Of a stretch of DNA of 64,000 bases, positions 1-13,171 are shown piece by piece (the stretch's first letter is position 1; each line of letters starts with the position of its first letter). The notes below the pieces were generated by a model. The model saw only the letters and a program-made list of their open reading frames with translations, searched no databases and was not told the origin of the DNA. The DNA comes from Mobula hypostoma (Eukaryota): NCBI RefSeq assembly GCF_963921235.1, contig NC_086109.1:23996001-24060000 (forward strand), written 5' to 3'. Both the position numbers and the translations under genes were made by a program.

Positions 1-344
1 TTTATTGAACAGAAAGGATGAGTTTGCTGTTCCTTTCCAAATTTCTCTTCAGCCAGAAAGCAGATTTGACACCTAGGACAGTTTTTGATGGGAACATCCC
101 ACACCTGCTTTTTATTATTGCACATGATATAGGAGAAGTTTGATTTCAGTCACTGATGGTAAATGCGTATGTGTATACTGACTGTATCTTCCACTCATTG
201 CATCTCATGTGGGAGCAGTGAGAGTTCAAAAGTATGACCCAACAATCAATGGCCATTACTGACACCTTTATCACTTGGATAAATTCCTCCCCCAAAACCT
301 CCACCTGATAAATAACACAACTGAAAGAAAGTTTAGGTCCACTT

Positions 345-617
345 ATGAATAAACTCTTCTCGGGCTTCCAGCCAGGTACGGATATTGATTATAACCGACG
401 TTTTGATGACAAGCTCTGCCGCCTTCTTCAGGGATGATGCCTGGGCATGTTGGGTCTGGTGGTATTTATAACCCTGTGGTCTGTCCCTCCTGATTGGTCA
501 GTCCTCATCCAATCAGGTTTCTACTCTTCCCCCTTGTTGGAAGAGGACTAACCAATCGAAACGTTGATTATAATTGATACCTCTACCTGGCTGGAATCCT
601 GAGAAGGGTGTATTCAT
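345..617. mobile_element. Penelope-like retroelement end fragment in inverted-repeat configuration
   Basis: Arms gaataaactcttctcgggcttccagccaggta and tacctggctggaatcctgagaagggtgtattc are imperfectly complementary. A degenerate hammerhead-like core CTGAAGA...CAAAACGTC lies on the minus strand near 398-433. Confidence 0.6.
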
Positions 618-1739
618 CATAAACACTGGGAAAGCACAAGAGCCTTTTTTTTAGATCTAGTTAGTTTAACAGGCTATCCCGCAAAATACTGGGTCAACAG
701 CAATTCACACATAAAATACCTTTAACAATTCGGTGTCCCTTTTGTGTTCATCACAAAAGAACCCCTGTTAATCTCCATCATTGGTCATGTTCAGAGCAGT
801 CATGTTTCATAGCCTGCTGCTTCAGCCACTCGCAGAGAGATTCCAGTTTTCAATGGCCTTTCCTCTCAATGTATGCTCTATAATTGCACCCTGCACCCCT
901 CATTTAGGCCTGTACCTCTTGACTCCAACCCTGATTTCCACCCAGCTAGTGTGGTGTCTGTGCATGAACAATATACTCTCTACACCACGGTTCATATCTC
1001 CGGCAAGGCTCTGCTCTGTGTGCACCACCCAGCCACCACTCTCCATGCTCCAGATCTGAGTTCTGCTCTTTGGGTACAGACATTATTTCTAGGGACTTCT
1101 TCAACCCTTGGGTTCTGGTCTTTTTGATCATCAGCCTTTCCCGAAAACTCCAAGTGCCAGCTTCCACCTAGCGTCCAAGGCACAGCACAAAACAAAACGT
1201 AACGTACTGCACATCCAGCAGTAGCCAAAGCCATAGACTTCTGAACATATGGGTGAAACCCCTAGCGAACTTTTTAATGGCATGATTGGTTTCTCAGCCA
1301 CATTGTCTTCCCAACGTGGCCCCTGCTTTTGTGAGAATCAGGTTTGGAGATGGTGAGGAAGTCCGTGTGTCATTTTTATCCCGGAATGTGTGTCAGCTTC
1401 AATAACACTTAACAGCAATGAAACATCATCTTTAAAAACAAACAATTAAACGTATACCCATCAATAATTCAGGAATATTTTGGTCCTAAGTGCAGCATGC
1501 TGTATTCATGAGCTCAGACATGGGATTCTTTCTCCTGGAACTAGCCTAGTTCTTCACCCTGCAAGCTAATCTTTCATAAGTGAGGAAGAGGGGAGTGAAG
1601 GCATCTTCTTTGCATGGTTGAACTTTGCTACTACTGGACCCAATGGATAGTATTGAGATTAGGACTACTGGCTGCTAACTCATTTCCTATATTTGGAAAG
1701 GGCTGGACTCAGAACTTCTTCCTCAAATAGTAACTGAAC

Positions 1740-3020
1740 ATGGGCCTATGGTCCAACATCTACATCGAGCGTTGTTGCAGGAAAGCAGTATCTATCGTCA
1801 GGGACCCCCATCACCCAGTCATACTCTCTTCTTGTTGCTGCCATCAGGAAGAAGGTAAAGAAGCCCCAGGACTCACACCGCCAGGTTCAGGAACAGTTCA
1901 AAGTTCAAAGTACATTTATTAACAATGTATGTCTCCTACATACAACCTTGAGATTTGTCTCCTTACAGGCAGCCACGAAACAAATAAACCCATTTAAAAA
2001 GACCATCAAACACCCAATGTGCAGAAACAAAATCAGGCAAACAATGAAAGAAGTCAAATAACGCTCAGAACTGAAGTTCATGAAAGTGCGCTCACAGCTA
2101 CAAAGTCGGTCACAGCCAATCCAGGAGCCCGTCAGATGCAGGCCACAGCCCCAGTTCAGCGCAGAGATGAGTAAACCCTGCCGAGCAGTGAGCTAAACAG
2201 TAGCTCTTCTTTGCCTCTGGCCCTACCACCCTGATCTTTTCAATCTGGCCCAGTGCTTAATTCAGCCAAACAGCGAGTCGTTCCTTGCTCTGGGGTTCAG
2301 GCCCCGCCACTTGGGCCTGGGCCCGCTGCCTTGTTTCAGCCTGAGCCCAACCATTCTAATCTAGCCCCTGCTCAAATCTGTCAAACATTGGCATGATTTT
2401 CACTCTTGGGACTGGGCCCCGCTCCCCTTGGATCTGCGACTTTGAATCGCCTCCAAGTCCGCTCCAGCAACCAAATATTGTCTCGTTTCCCACTCTCGGG
2501 CCCAGGTCCCGGCGCCTCGATTCAGCCTGTACACGTCATGCTGCAACCATCCTGCATCATCGAGATTTCAGTTCACACCGCTAAAATGCCAGGTCGTACT
2601 GGTGGTTCAAAAGCTCAACTTCGAAAGGGAATGTTACGGGCTATTGATTGCAGTGATCGTTTACCAGAAAAAGTGTGAGAAATGTGAGGAGTTATTACCC
2701 CTTAGCCATCAGGCTTTGAACCAGAGGGGATAACTTCACTCAACTTCACTCGCCCCATCACTGAACTACTCCCAAAGCCTATGGACTTAATTTCAAAGAC
2801 TCTTCATCTTTTGTTCCTGATATTGATTGCTTATTTAATTATTATTATTTCTTTTTTCTTTTATATTTGCACTGTTTGCTGTCTTTTGCACTCTGGTTGT
2901 CTTTCATTGATTCTATTATGGTTATTGGATTTACTGAGTATGCCCGCAAGAAAACAAATCTCAAGTTTGTATATGATGACATATATATATATATATATAC
3001 TTGGATAATACACTTACAAA
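1740..3020 (+). mobile_element. Rex1/Babar-like LINE 3' fragment interrupted by an opposite-strand non-autonomous element (~1896-2685)
   Basis: CCRKAVSIVRDPHHP..LLPSGRR-type C-terminal sequence stops at ggttcaggaacagtt (~1895) and resumes at agttattacccc (~2690). The insert has an (aagttca)n tail. Confidence 0.6.
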
Positions 3021-3302
3021 ACTTTATCTTGTACATTTCAGGTTTGGGACATTCAGTTACATTCGATGTTGAGAAGGATGGAGATCTGAAGTGTCATGGG
3101 GAAGAATAGGGTGCTGGTGTAACTGATCAGCATGATGAGTCAATTAGTCTCTTCAATTGCAACTAAATACCCTGTTCAGGTATCAGACTCCAAAAACATT
3201 AACCCTGTTCCTTTTTTTTTCCACAAATGCTTCATGACCCGTTGACTATTTCCAGTATTTTCTGTTTTCATAACACGAAAGCGAAGTATGAAAGCCTCTT
3301 AC

Positions 3303-3504
3303 CTGAAGATATCGGCATGCAGTACTTATCAGAATGCCGCCGTCTAATGGCTCCCATATTGTGTAAACTTGGTGAGCTGATTACCGAGGGCCCTTGCCTT
3401 ATGGGGGTGATTGGCGTGGCAGCTGAGGTTGGCGTGTGAGGTAAACTTTCCGGGAAAATGTCTGACGTACTCTTGGAAAGTGTGACATTTGAGACCAGAT
3501 TCAG
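3303..3504 (-). CDS. FOXP4: FOXP4 internal exon ([67 protein letters not shown]), 202 nt
   Basis: Translated by hand. Acceptor gccgttag|, donor TCAG|gtaaga; open frame with the FoxP IRRRxSDK..PISS motif that precedes the forkhead exons. Confidence 0.94.
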
Positions 3505-3829
3505 CTAACGGCGAAAGGTGGTTCACAGGACAAGTGTAACATGCGAAGGAGAGAAACAACAAAAAAACATGGAAAATAAGTGTATCTGACAATGGCTTTG
3601 GACTTTATCTCCTCCTAGAGGCTAGAGACCTACCATCACTAAAAGGTGGGAAAAGTAGTTTTCTATGTAGGTCCAAATAACAGATATACCACTTGAGAAC
3701 ATTCTGCTAAGATCCCACATGAGGAGACCAGGTACAACCACAGAAAGCACAGCATCCTATACAGATTCTGCAAAAACTGTTACTGGAGAGCTAACTTGAA
3801 TCTGTTGAAGGAAGATACAGTATGTATAT

Positions 3830-4520
3830 AGAACACAGAACAGTATAGCACTATAACCTACGGTTGTACCAGCCCATATGACCCTTATAATCCTTCCCTC
3901 CTGCACAGCATGAGCCCTCCATTTCCTTATCTAAGACTCTCCTACGTGTATTTGTATCAGCTCGAGTACCACCCCCGGCAGAGCCACCACTCTCTGTTAA
4001 ATCCTACCTCTGAAACCTCCACTAAGCTTTCCTCCTCTTACCTTAATAGATGTCCTCTGGTGTTGGCCACTGACACTCTGGGACAAAGGTGTTGGATGTC
4101 CACTCTATGTCTACCTTTCATAATCTTATACGTGTCCATCAAGTTGCTTCTCATCTTCCTTTGCTCCGAAAAAACCCTCCCTTACTTAACCTTTCCTCAT
4201 AAGACATGACTCTAATCCAGTCTGTAAATCTCCTCGGCGCCCTCTCTAAAGCTTCTACATCCTTCCTATAATGAGGTGACCAGAACTGAACACAGTACTT
4301 TAAGTGTGGCCTAACCAGAATTTATTAGAGCTGCAACATTACTTCACAGCTCCTCAACGCCATCCCCCTATCCCTATACCAATGAAGGCCACACACCATA
4401 GGCCTTCTTAACCGCCCCTATCCACCTTGGTGACAACATTGAGTTATGTATGGACCCCAAGCTCCCTCTGTTTCTCCTAGGCATCCTGCCATTGACCTTG
4501 TACAACCCCTCAAGTTTGAT
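3830..4520 (-). mobile_element. CR1 LINE 3' fragment, decayed
   Basis: Reverse complement of LVRPHLKYCVQFWSPHYRKDV at ~4260-4320; tagaaca-type tail. Confidence 0.75.
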
Positions 4521-5437
4521 TTTTCAGAGGAGATTAAAGCTTTTATTACCATGATGATTACTCATCAGGATTCACTTTACCAATCAAGAGAGAGGAAGCC
4601 CATTCAATGCTTCTTAAAGATATAACACTTCTTTGATGTCATCTTTGTGAATCTACCAGGTCTATTTAATAAGTACTACACAAAGAAGCATTTGTGTTAT
4701 GTCCCAGTGTTACGTAAATTCATTACAACAGTTTATATCCAAATAGAGCTTCTCATATAAGAAAAACTTAGGGAAGTTGGGAGAGTGGGGGTGAAAATAA
4801 GTATTATAGGCATAGTGAAAGGAAAAAGGCTGTATGGAATTTTAGATACTGCACTGTTAGACACTGCATTTAATTTGGAAGAAAGTCTAGAAAAGGAAAA
4901 ACAAGAAAGACAGAATAGAAGGAAGAGAAGGAGAGAGAAAGCATATGTCCTTCCAAAGTAACCATCCCAGAACACAAGGCTCTGCAGATCAGCAGTAAGT
5001 TGGCAATGTAATATGTCATTAGGCATGCTGTTTGTTCAGTTATTTCCTTTCTTATTTAATAGTGAAGTACTCCTCTTACAAGAATATACGAGATGGTACT
5101 TCTTTGTTTGCTAGCTTTCTCGATCTGTATATTGATGGCCTGTTACTGAGACTGTTCTTCATCATATGCAGTGTATTCTATATGGCATCTTATTGAATGC
5201 TTTCCGAAAACACAAATATAGAACATTGACTGGTTCCCCTTTATCCAGCCTGCTTGCTGCATCCTGAAATAATAGCCCCCAATTATCTATTGCCATTGGG
5301 ATGTTTTCAGTGTCCTCACAATGAAGACCAAAACAAAATAATGTAAGGGTCCCTGCAATCCATTGTTAATTCTCCAGTTTCATCCTTCATAGGACCAATG
5401 CTTACTTCAGCTTCTCTTTTCATTTTGAAGCTCCCTG

Positions 5438-6162
5438 CAAAATGGCCGCATACTCAGTCGCAGCAGCCTCTCTGGGTCCAAACAAAGGTGTAATTCTTCA
5501 TCCTATATGTGCTTCTTATGATTGCAGGACACTGCTGGATGTTAGGAACATCAAGTATTGCAGTTCTACCGCACTAGAGAGTTGCTTGATAGTGGTGGAG
5601 CTGGACTTGTTGTGTACGGTGTTGCCGCCTGCTACACTGTGTCAGAGGCGGTGCACGGTCCAACAAACCGGTCAAGTAATTGTCTTGGATGCTCTTCCTG
5701 TGGATCGCAAGGCCCTGTTGGACAGTGTTACGTGGAGTACTGCAAGTCTAGTTCATTGATGGCAGGGAAGCTGCCTGGCCTTGGCCGTTGTGCTGACCAG
5801 GCACTCATGCCACGGGGTCACCTGTTGCAGGTGCCAGAGATGGTAGGGAAGAGAGCAAGTTGTGCTGCCCTCTAGTGTTCACTCAGTGCAAGGACAAGCT
5901 GGATTGCATTGTCTGCAGCTCCACTGGTGCGTGATGGGGACTGCCGTGTGCTAGTCATTGCACAGACGTGCCTCCTTGACAGCATCACATGCTCTATCAA
6001 CGTTGGGCGTTGTAACTTTTTTTGTAACTGCATGCTTTTCTGCTATCGTAATGACATTGTATATGTTCCTTGTGCCATGTGACTGTGGTTTGTTTCTTGT
6101 TCCCAGAGGAATGTTGTTTTGTTTGGCCATATTCTTGTTGAGTGACAATTAAACTTGAACTT
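5438..6162 (+). mobile_element. Non-autonomous retroposon with GC-rich head and LINE-like tail
   Basis: Begins aaaatggccgc; ends ccagaggaatgttgtt...tgacaattaaacttgaactt, resembling the Rex1-like tails elsewhere in the window. Confidence 0.5.
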
Positions 6163-7799
6163 AATATACCAGCAGATGCTCTTATAATCTATTTTATGTG
6201 CTTTCCTCTCACCTCAACTTGTACACTTAGAATAATGATGCTTATAGATTGCAGCTAATACCAACGCTTGTTAGGTGCAACATTGCTGACAGGAAATCCT
6301 GATTAGCTTCCAGCATCACACCTTCAGTGAGATAGATCTGTGAATTTAGGATAGCTACGTTGGTACTCTGCGCAGAAGAGTACTGAAAGGCAATGACTTT
6401 TTCTTCAGTGATGTTTGATCTCACCACACAATAAGTGTCCATTGGGAAGTTAGACAGGATATTGAGAATAAAGGATTCAGGGATCCAAAGTGGAGATTTT
6501 ATGAGATTTTATGAAAAGGAACATGGAAAGGTTTCCCCAACATTACCACTCAGACCTATGAGGTCTACCACTTTGAAAGACAGTGGGTGCATGGTAATAC
6601 AAAACGATTCCCTCCAAGCCAAATAGTACTCTGTCTTGCAAATGCATGGCCAATCCTTTTCCTCAGAATCTTGAAAATTGTTACTTGACAACATTGAGAT
6701 GATGTTTTAGCCACACAGATTGTCACTGTTCAAGAAGAGCCAATATGTTCTCAAGGGCAACTACGCTTTAGCGATAGATGCCAACACTACCCGCTCACAT
6801 CAACATGAACAAAGGATTGAGATATAAATGGCACTGCAGTCCCACCATTTTACCACTAGGTGTCAGCCAGAGTTCAGGAAGTGCTTCCTATGACCAGGTC
6901 TGGGAGCTGGAGACAATCTATGGCAGCGCCTCACCCTGGGTTAGAGGCATCAAACATGCCCTCAATCACCTGAGCACCTTCACAGTGATTGTTACCAAGT
7001 TATGCTATTTCAGTTTCCTCTTTCACAATATGCTGGTAAGTATCCATATATTGACAACATAATTAACAGTTTTAATAACCTAACTACCCTTAATAACCTA
7101 AAATTAATGGGGGAAACAACAAGTACAAGAAGTGATAGAGTGTACAAAATCACTAAATTGCATTCAGAAAAATATTGCTGGCAAACAGGATCTGTATAGA
7201 TAAGTACTTGGGATACAGTGAGAATATAGTGGGTCAAAGAGGCTATTCTGCGCTGCATGAATGTATGACTATTACAATCTGGATACAGCTGGCCCAAAAA
7301 AAGGAATGCCATTCTGGATTTAGTTCGAAGTAAGGAAGCTGACTGGGTGAAAGGGTTGCAACACACACAAAATAGTGGAGGAACTCAGCAGTCCAGGTAG
7401 CACATATGGAAAAGAGTAAACAGTTGACATTTTGGGCAGAGACCCTTTAACAGGCTTGGATTTCCAGCATCAGCAGATTTTCTCGTTTGGGTGAAAGGAT
7501 TATTTATTAAAGAGCTAAAGAGCAATTTAATATTTGTGGTGAAAATTCTGACAGATTTCCTATTGTTGTTGAAAAGCATGAAAGATTGGAATAAAACAAA
7601 GACTCTAACTTGCGGAGAGCAGAGCATTTCAAAATTAAGAACTAATTTGCATGTGTGGATTGGATCCATCTACTGGAAGAGCAAGGAGCAATATAAGTGA
7701 TTAAGAAGAGATGAAGAGTTCAGGGTGAAAACACGTTCCCATAAACAAAGATGGCAGGGCTGCCAAATCTAGAACACCTGGATGTCAGGGTGTATAGAG

Positions 7800-9033
7800 G
7801 GAAAGAGAAAGTAAAAAGAAGGAAGCAGCTTTCAGATGCAGGGAGTTTAATACTGATGGATTAATTAAGAGCAGAATGTCTGGAAGAGTATAGAAAGTGC
7901 TGGAGAGAATTTTAAGAAAGCACTGAACTGGCATGCAAAAAAAATGTGTCAAGTTAGGTCAGAGAAAATCCAAAGATGTTTCATTAGAATATAGGGAAAA
8001 TAATGATTGCTAAATATCTTAAATTATTAACATATAATAAAAAACACAGTGGTTATGAGCATTTTGGATCAAAAAGGGACTGAAAATGTTACTTGTGTGT
8101 GAAAAGAATCGATGTGGGTTAAGTTAGGAAGGAATATTTAATGAATATCTTCACAAAATAGGGAAATCATGTTAATGTCGTAGTGAAGGTAAGCAAGTTT
8201 GAAATATTGGATGGGATTAGGAGTGCAAAAGAGAGCTAGCGAGAGAAAACAGATAGGTTTGCTGGGATCAGATGAAATATATCCCAGGCTGTTCAAAGAA
8301 GCAAAAGAGACTGACTACAATGCTTCAATTCTTCACTTCGAAAGGCACAGATTAATCAAGGACAGTCTGAATGGATTTGTTTTGGAAGGTCAGATCTGAG
8401 TGACATGTTTACTTCTTTGAAGAAGAACTTAGGAGTGTCAAATGAGAGCAGTGTATTTGATGGAGTTTACATATATTTTAGCAAGGCTATTGACAAGGTC
8501 CCACATGGCAGACCACAGATGAGTAGTGCATACAGCTCTAAGTTACAATAAGGTTGTGTTTGCAATTGCCAAGGCACAGAAAAGACTTAAAAGGACGCTT
8601 CCACAAAGGGAAAACTGTAGCTAAGAGGAAAGACTGCTCTGTTAGATTGTTTTCTTTGGAATACTGATGGCTGATGGGAGAATTTATTGAGATGTATGAA
8701 ACTGCAGAAAACCTACGTAAATAGGAAGAACAATTTTTCCTTAATAGAGGAGTATGAGCCAGGAGACATTGATTTAAAGTCATCACCAAAGGATTAAAGG
8801 GGAACTGAGACAAATCTCTTGCACCCATGGGTTTTGGAACTTATTACATAAAAGATGGTAGAAGCAAGGACCTTCATAATAGCTGAAAGGTACTTAGATA
8901 AGTAGTTGAAGGATAGTGATCTGCGGGACCTTAAAGACCTGGTACTGCAAGGTAGAATTTGTTTGGATAACCCTTCTTTGACCAGTATAGTTAAAATGAA
9001 CTGACTTTCCTCCTCCATGAGGTACATTTTCTA
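7800..9033 (+). mobile_element. Old, internally deleted CR1 LINE
   Basis: Remnants of GSDEIYPRLFKEA and VYIYFSKAIDKVPH (RT motif) plus a CR1-type 3' UTR. Confidence 0.65.
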
Positions 9034-9309
9034 TGATGTCAATATCGTGGTCCAAATCTAACCCCCATACCCCAGTACCCTGGAACGAACTGGCTTGCTG
9101 GATAATTTCAATTAGTCAACTGCTCTGCCTACCTAGGTCTGACAACTCACGTAGGCTAGGTAATTACAGAAGATTTCCTTCCCTAAAGGACATGAATGAA
9201 TTAAATCAACTTCTAACAAAAAATCAAAAACTCTAATTTTTTATTTTAACCCCTGAACTTGTTTAATTAGCAATGTAATTGCCTCAGCTGCAAATGCAAG
9301 ACATGGAAC

Positions 9310-9695
9310 ATCTGCATTAGGCTCAGCCAGCTGCATCACAGGCACTAGCCCCCCCACCATCAAAGGCATCTTCAAAGGGTGATGCCTCGAGAAGTTGGCA
9401 TCCATCATGAAGGACCCACAGCAGCCAGGACATTCCCTCTTCGCAGTACTACCATCAATGGCGAAGTACAGAAGCCAGAGGATGCACACTCAACATTTTA
9501 GGAGCAGCTTCTTCCCCCCCAGCATCAGAATTCTGAACAGACCATGAGCTCGCGAATACTATCTCACTATTCTGCTCTTTTTTGCACTTTTTAAAAATAT
9601 CCTTAGTGTAATTTACATTAATTTTTATATATTTCTGCTGCAGAACAATCGACTTCACGACATATGCCAATGCTAATAAACCTGATTCTGGTTCT
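9310..9695 (+). mobile_element. Rex1/Babar-like LINE 3' fragment
   Basis: ASIMKDPQQPGHSLFAVLPS..YRS-type C-terminus; tail aataaacctgattctg. Confidence 0.65.
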
Positions 9696-12269
9696 GACTG
9701 ATATTTTTGTAACACAGAGTTCGAGCTGCTCAGCCACAAAAACTATTGCAAAGTTGACCCTTTTCTCAACCAATGTCTGTATCAATAAACTCCCAACAGG
9801 GGCACTGAGTAACATACAGGCTTCCACTGAAAAGCTTAAAGAACTTTTGACTGTAAGTTAGTGAAGGGAGGAGTAATATCAGAGGGTGAAATCATTATTG
9901 AGTGTCATAATCTGAAAAACTTGGAAATAAAAGTTCAAACAATTCAAGTAATTCACAATATCTACCTAAGGGGTAGCATTACCGGAGAAACCACAGACTT
10001 GGTCTTGGTCAAAATTTATCCCTGAATCATCATTGAAACAGGCATCTTATCATACCCACCCTGTAAACTGCCTTTTCAAAAGCTCTCTTCTGAAAAGTGC
10101 TATGAGACTATTAACACATAATCTTCATGTCACCTTTAAAGTTTCTTCCCCCACCAGTTCATCAGATTGATCATTCAAATTAGCCCCCCCAACCCCCTCT
10201 ATCTATTACCCCCGCACCCCCTTACAATGCACTGCACTGTAAACACTTCAAACCACTTCACATCATGCTGTTTACATTGGGATAACATGCTGGTATTTAT
10301 CTATTTACACACATTTTATTCTATATCCATATTTTAACTTCTAACTATTTTTTATATATAACTATTCTTTATAATGTAAAATATTGTGGTTTTTTGTCAC
10401 ATGCTGTGCATTGACCAACACACCACAAATTCCTAATTCATGAATAAAATTGAGCTTTGATTATTACAGCATAGGGAACATATGGCGTAAGGTTAGTCTC
10501 TGTTAACAATAGTGGCAATGCTGCAAAGTGTTTTGGACACTGTGGTTTTGAAAAGTGTTCTATGAATTATATTCTATATTTTGATTTCCTTTAACTTATT
10601 GGGTGGGGGTTTCCATTGCAGCATCAGTCTACATTTCATTGCTCACGGAAAGAGAAACGTTTCTGAAGTCAGCAGGCAAGGTAATGAAACAGAGAGAGAG
10701 AGAGAGATATAAGAATGGAATGTGGAAACCGGGGAAGGCAGAGAGAAAGCAGATGACAGAGGTTGTAACTTGAAGAGAGAAATCAAGGAGGAAGCAGAAA
10801 GGACGGAGGAAAGGCAGGTGGTCAGAAAAAGAATGTGGAGTAACTGGGCGGATTGACAGAGAGGGGAGTGGGTGGAAAACATGAGCTCGAATAGGCTTTT
10901 GAATCCTCATGTCTTATGGCTAATCTTTAAGCATGGACATGTACTTCATGGTAGGTGTGGACATCATGTTGTATGGCTGAACTCTTCAATGTCACTTTCA
11001 CATCCAAAAATCACTCTCTATCCTGAATATCCTCAGTAACTGGCCCTCCAAAGCCCACTTCAGTGGAAGATTACCATGGTTCATTGGATGAAGAACTTCC
11101 CTGTCAATTCAACCCTGATCTGAGATTCCGACCCCTGGTTATGGACACCAGCTAGCGGAAGGGTCTTCCTGAGCCTATCACATAAAGCACTGCAAGTTTT
11201 ATGTTTCAATAAGATCTTTTCTCATTCCTCTAGACTCCAGAGGGAGCAGAGAGAATAGGCAGGAAGGAAGGGGAAAAGTAAATGGGAATAGGAGGAGGGA
11301 GAATGAGTGGAAAAAAGAGAGACTGAAATTCAAACAGACTGACTGAGGACAGATTGGAGGGAGGCATTTCAAGGCTGAGGGGGCAGTGTCAAACAGAAGT
11401 CCAGGAAAACAGTCGTTAGACAGAAGATTTGAGGAAGGGTCACTGAGTAGAAACTTCATCTGGTTCCTCTTTCACAGATGCTGCTGAACTGGTTAGTTCT
11501 GCCAGCATTTTTGCATCTGTATTTTCATTCATTTTATTGGGTCAACAGTATGGATGCTATAATTATAGAGAGTGGTTTTAAGGGAATAGTACAGAGAGAT
11601 GTGATAGAAAGTACCAATTGGTTTATCAATCATTTATTGATTTGATAATGAAAACCATTTTTCTCATTGTTCACTGAAAGCTGATGGGTAAGAATTGCTT
11701 GCTTTATCAGCAATTTGCATCCAAAATGACCAATTCCCATGAAAAGCATTAGACTGCTCATTAAGGATAGCACCAAGTTTCAGCATGTAGTGTATTGATT
11801 CCTGGATCATTTACTTTGGACAAAAGATAGATGTGTGTTGCAAATAAACCAACAATGATTAATTTTTGATTGTTCACTTTGTTTTTGCTGGATCAAAGAT
11901 TAATGACTTGGACATACCACGTATCGTAAAACAGACTAAAGGAACAATGAGTCAGCAAAAAACAGTCACACAGATCTGATGCACATTGCACAATTCCAAT
12001 GTGCCTTGTCTCTGTAAGCAGTAAGGTTAACTCTGAGTCAGATTGTGATTTTAAACCACACTCTGGCAATCAGAACACTAGACTAATCCTACACTGCCAG
12101 AGGTGTTGTTTTTCAGATAAGATGTTGAACAAAGGCCCCATTATTTCATCGAGATGGACAAGAAAAAGTCCAAGAGTCCTATTTCAGAGAAGGGCTGCGG
12201 TATTCTCCCTAAACTACACAGCAGATTATCTCATCACTGTCTCGTTTCTGTTTCTGAACTCCGCAGCCT

Positions 12270-12750
12270 GGTTCCCACATTTTAAAAAGAGCTCTTCAAG
12301 CTGGAGAGGGTGCAGAAGAGATTTACAAAGATGCTACCTGCACCAGAGGGCCTACATTACAAGAACAAGTTGCCCTCACTAGATCTTTATCCCTTAGAAC
12401 ATAGGAGAATGAGGGTTGATCAGATAGAAGTTTATAAAATCGCCAGAGGTTGGACGGACATAGACTTTGGATTAGGGATTCCAAAACTAGAGGGCACAGG
12501 TACAATATAAGAGGGGGAGACATAAAGGAGACCCCGAGAAGTAACTTCTTTACACAGAGGGTAGTGAGTAGCTGCCAGAGGGGAGGACAAGTGCAACATT
12601 TAAGAGGGATTTGAACAGATAAGTAAAGGGGAAGAAGTTGGAGGGTTACATATCAAATGCAGGCAACTGGGACTAGCAGGAAGGATGCTGTGGTTGGCAT
12701 CGACTATTGGTGCAGAGAGCCCGTTTCTGGGCTGTATGACTCTGTGACTA
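12270..12750 (+). mobile_element. CR1 LINE 3' fragment
   Basis: QKRFTKMLP...LYPLEHRRMRVDQIEVYKI; tail tatgactctgtgacta. Confidence 0.75.
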
Positions 12751-12880
12751 CAGATCAGAAGTACCTTGCTGACTGGAAAACATGTCGCTGTGTTTCCACA
12801 TTATGAACTGTACGCCACAGAAATGTAACTCTCTCTTTATGTAAAAGTTATTTCAATGTGGTTCAAGTTGAAATACTCAC

Positions 12881-12964
12881 AGGCTGGGCAAAAGGCTTTG
12901 GGTCAGATGGTCTCATGTGCAGGTGAGCCATCATGGCCTGAAGACGTTCCGTCTCCTTAGACAG
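12881..12964 (-). CDS. FOXP4: FOXP4 internal exon, leucine zipper end ([28 protein letters not shown]), 84 nt
   Basis: Translated by hand. Acceptor tttcccacag|, donor CCT|gtgagt; [16 protein letters not shown] is FOXP4-like. Confidence 0.96.
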
Positions 12965-13171
12965 CTGTGGGAAACAGGAAATTTGACTCATGTGAAGAAA
13001 AGAAGATTGTTATGTCGTAGCAACATTCCAGTAATCCACAAGATGTCTTGAGACAAATGTTAGTTCACGGTTGGACGCATGGGTAAGCATCATGCTGAGG
13101 GATACCTGTCACTGCATTATCTTCACATTCTGACTCAGCAGGCTCTCTCCAAGATCGTTTAAAAACCCAAA

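Noticed and set aside
1..3302. Next FOXP4 exon (forkhead start, ...NADVRPPFTYASLIRQ)
   Set aside because: No matching sequence found by eye; it presumably lies left of the window.
12863..12880. FOXP2 '10+'-like read-through isoform (VSIST*)
   Set aside because: VS is simply the translation of GTGAGT, and I saw no nearby canonical poly(A) signal or other support.
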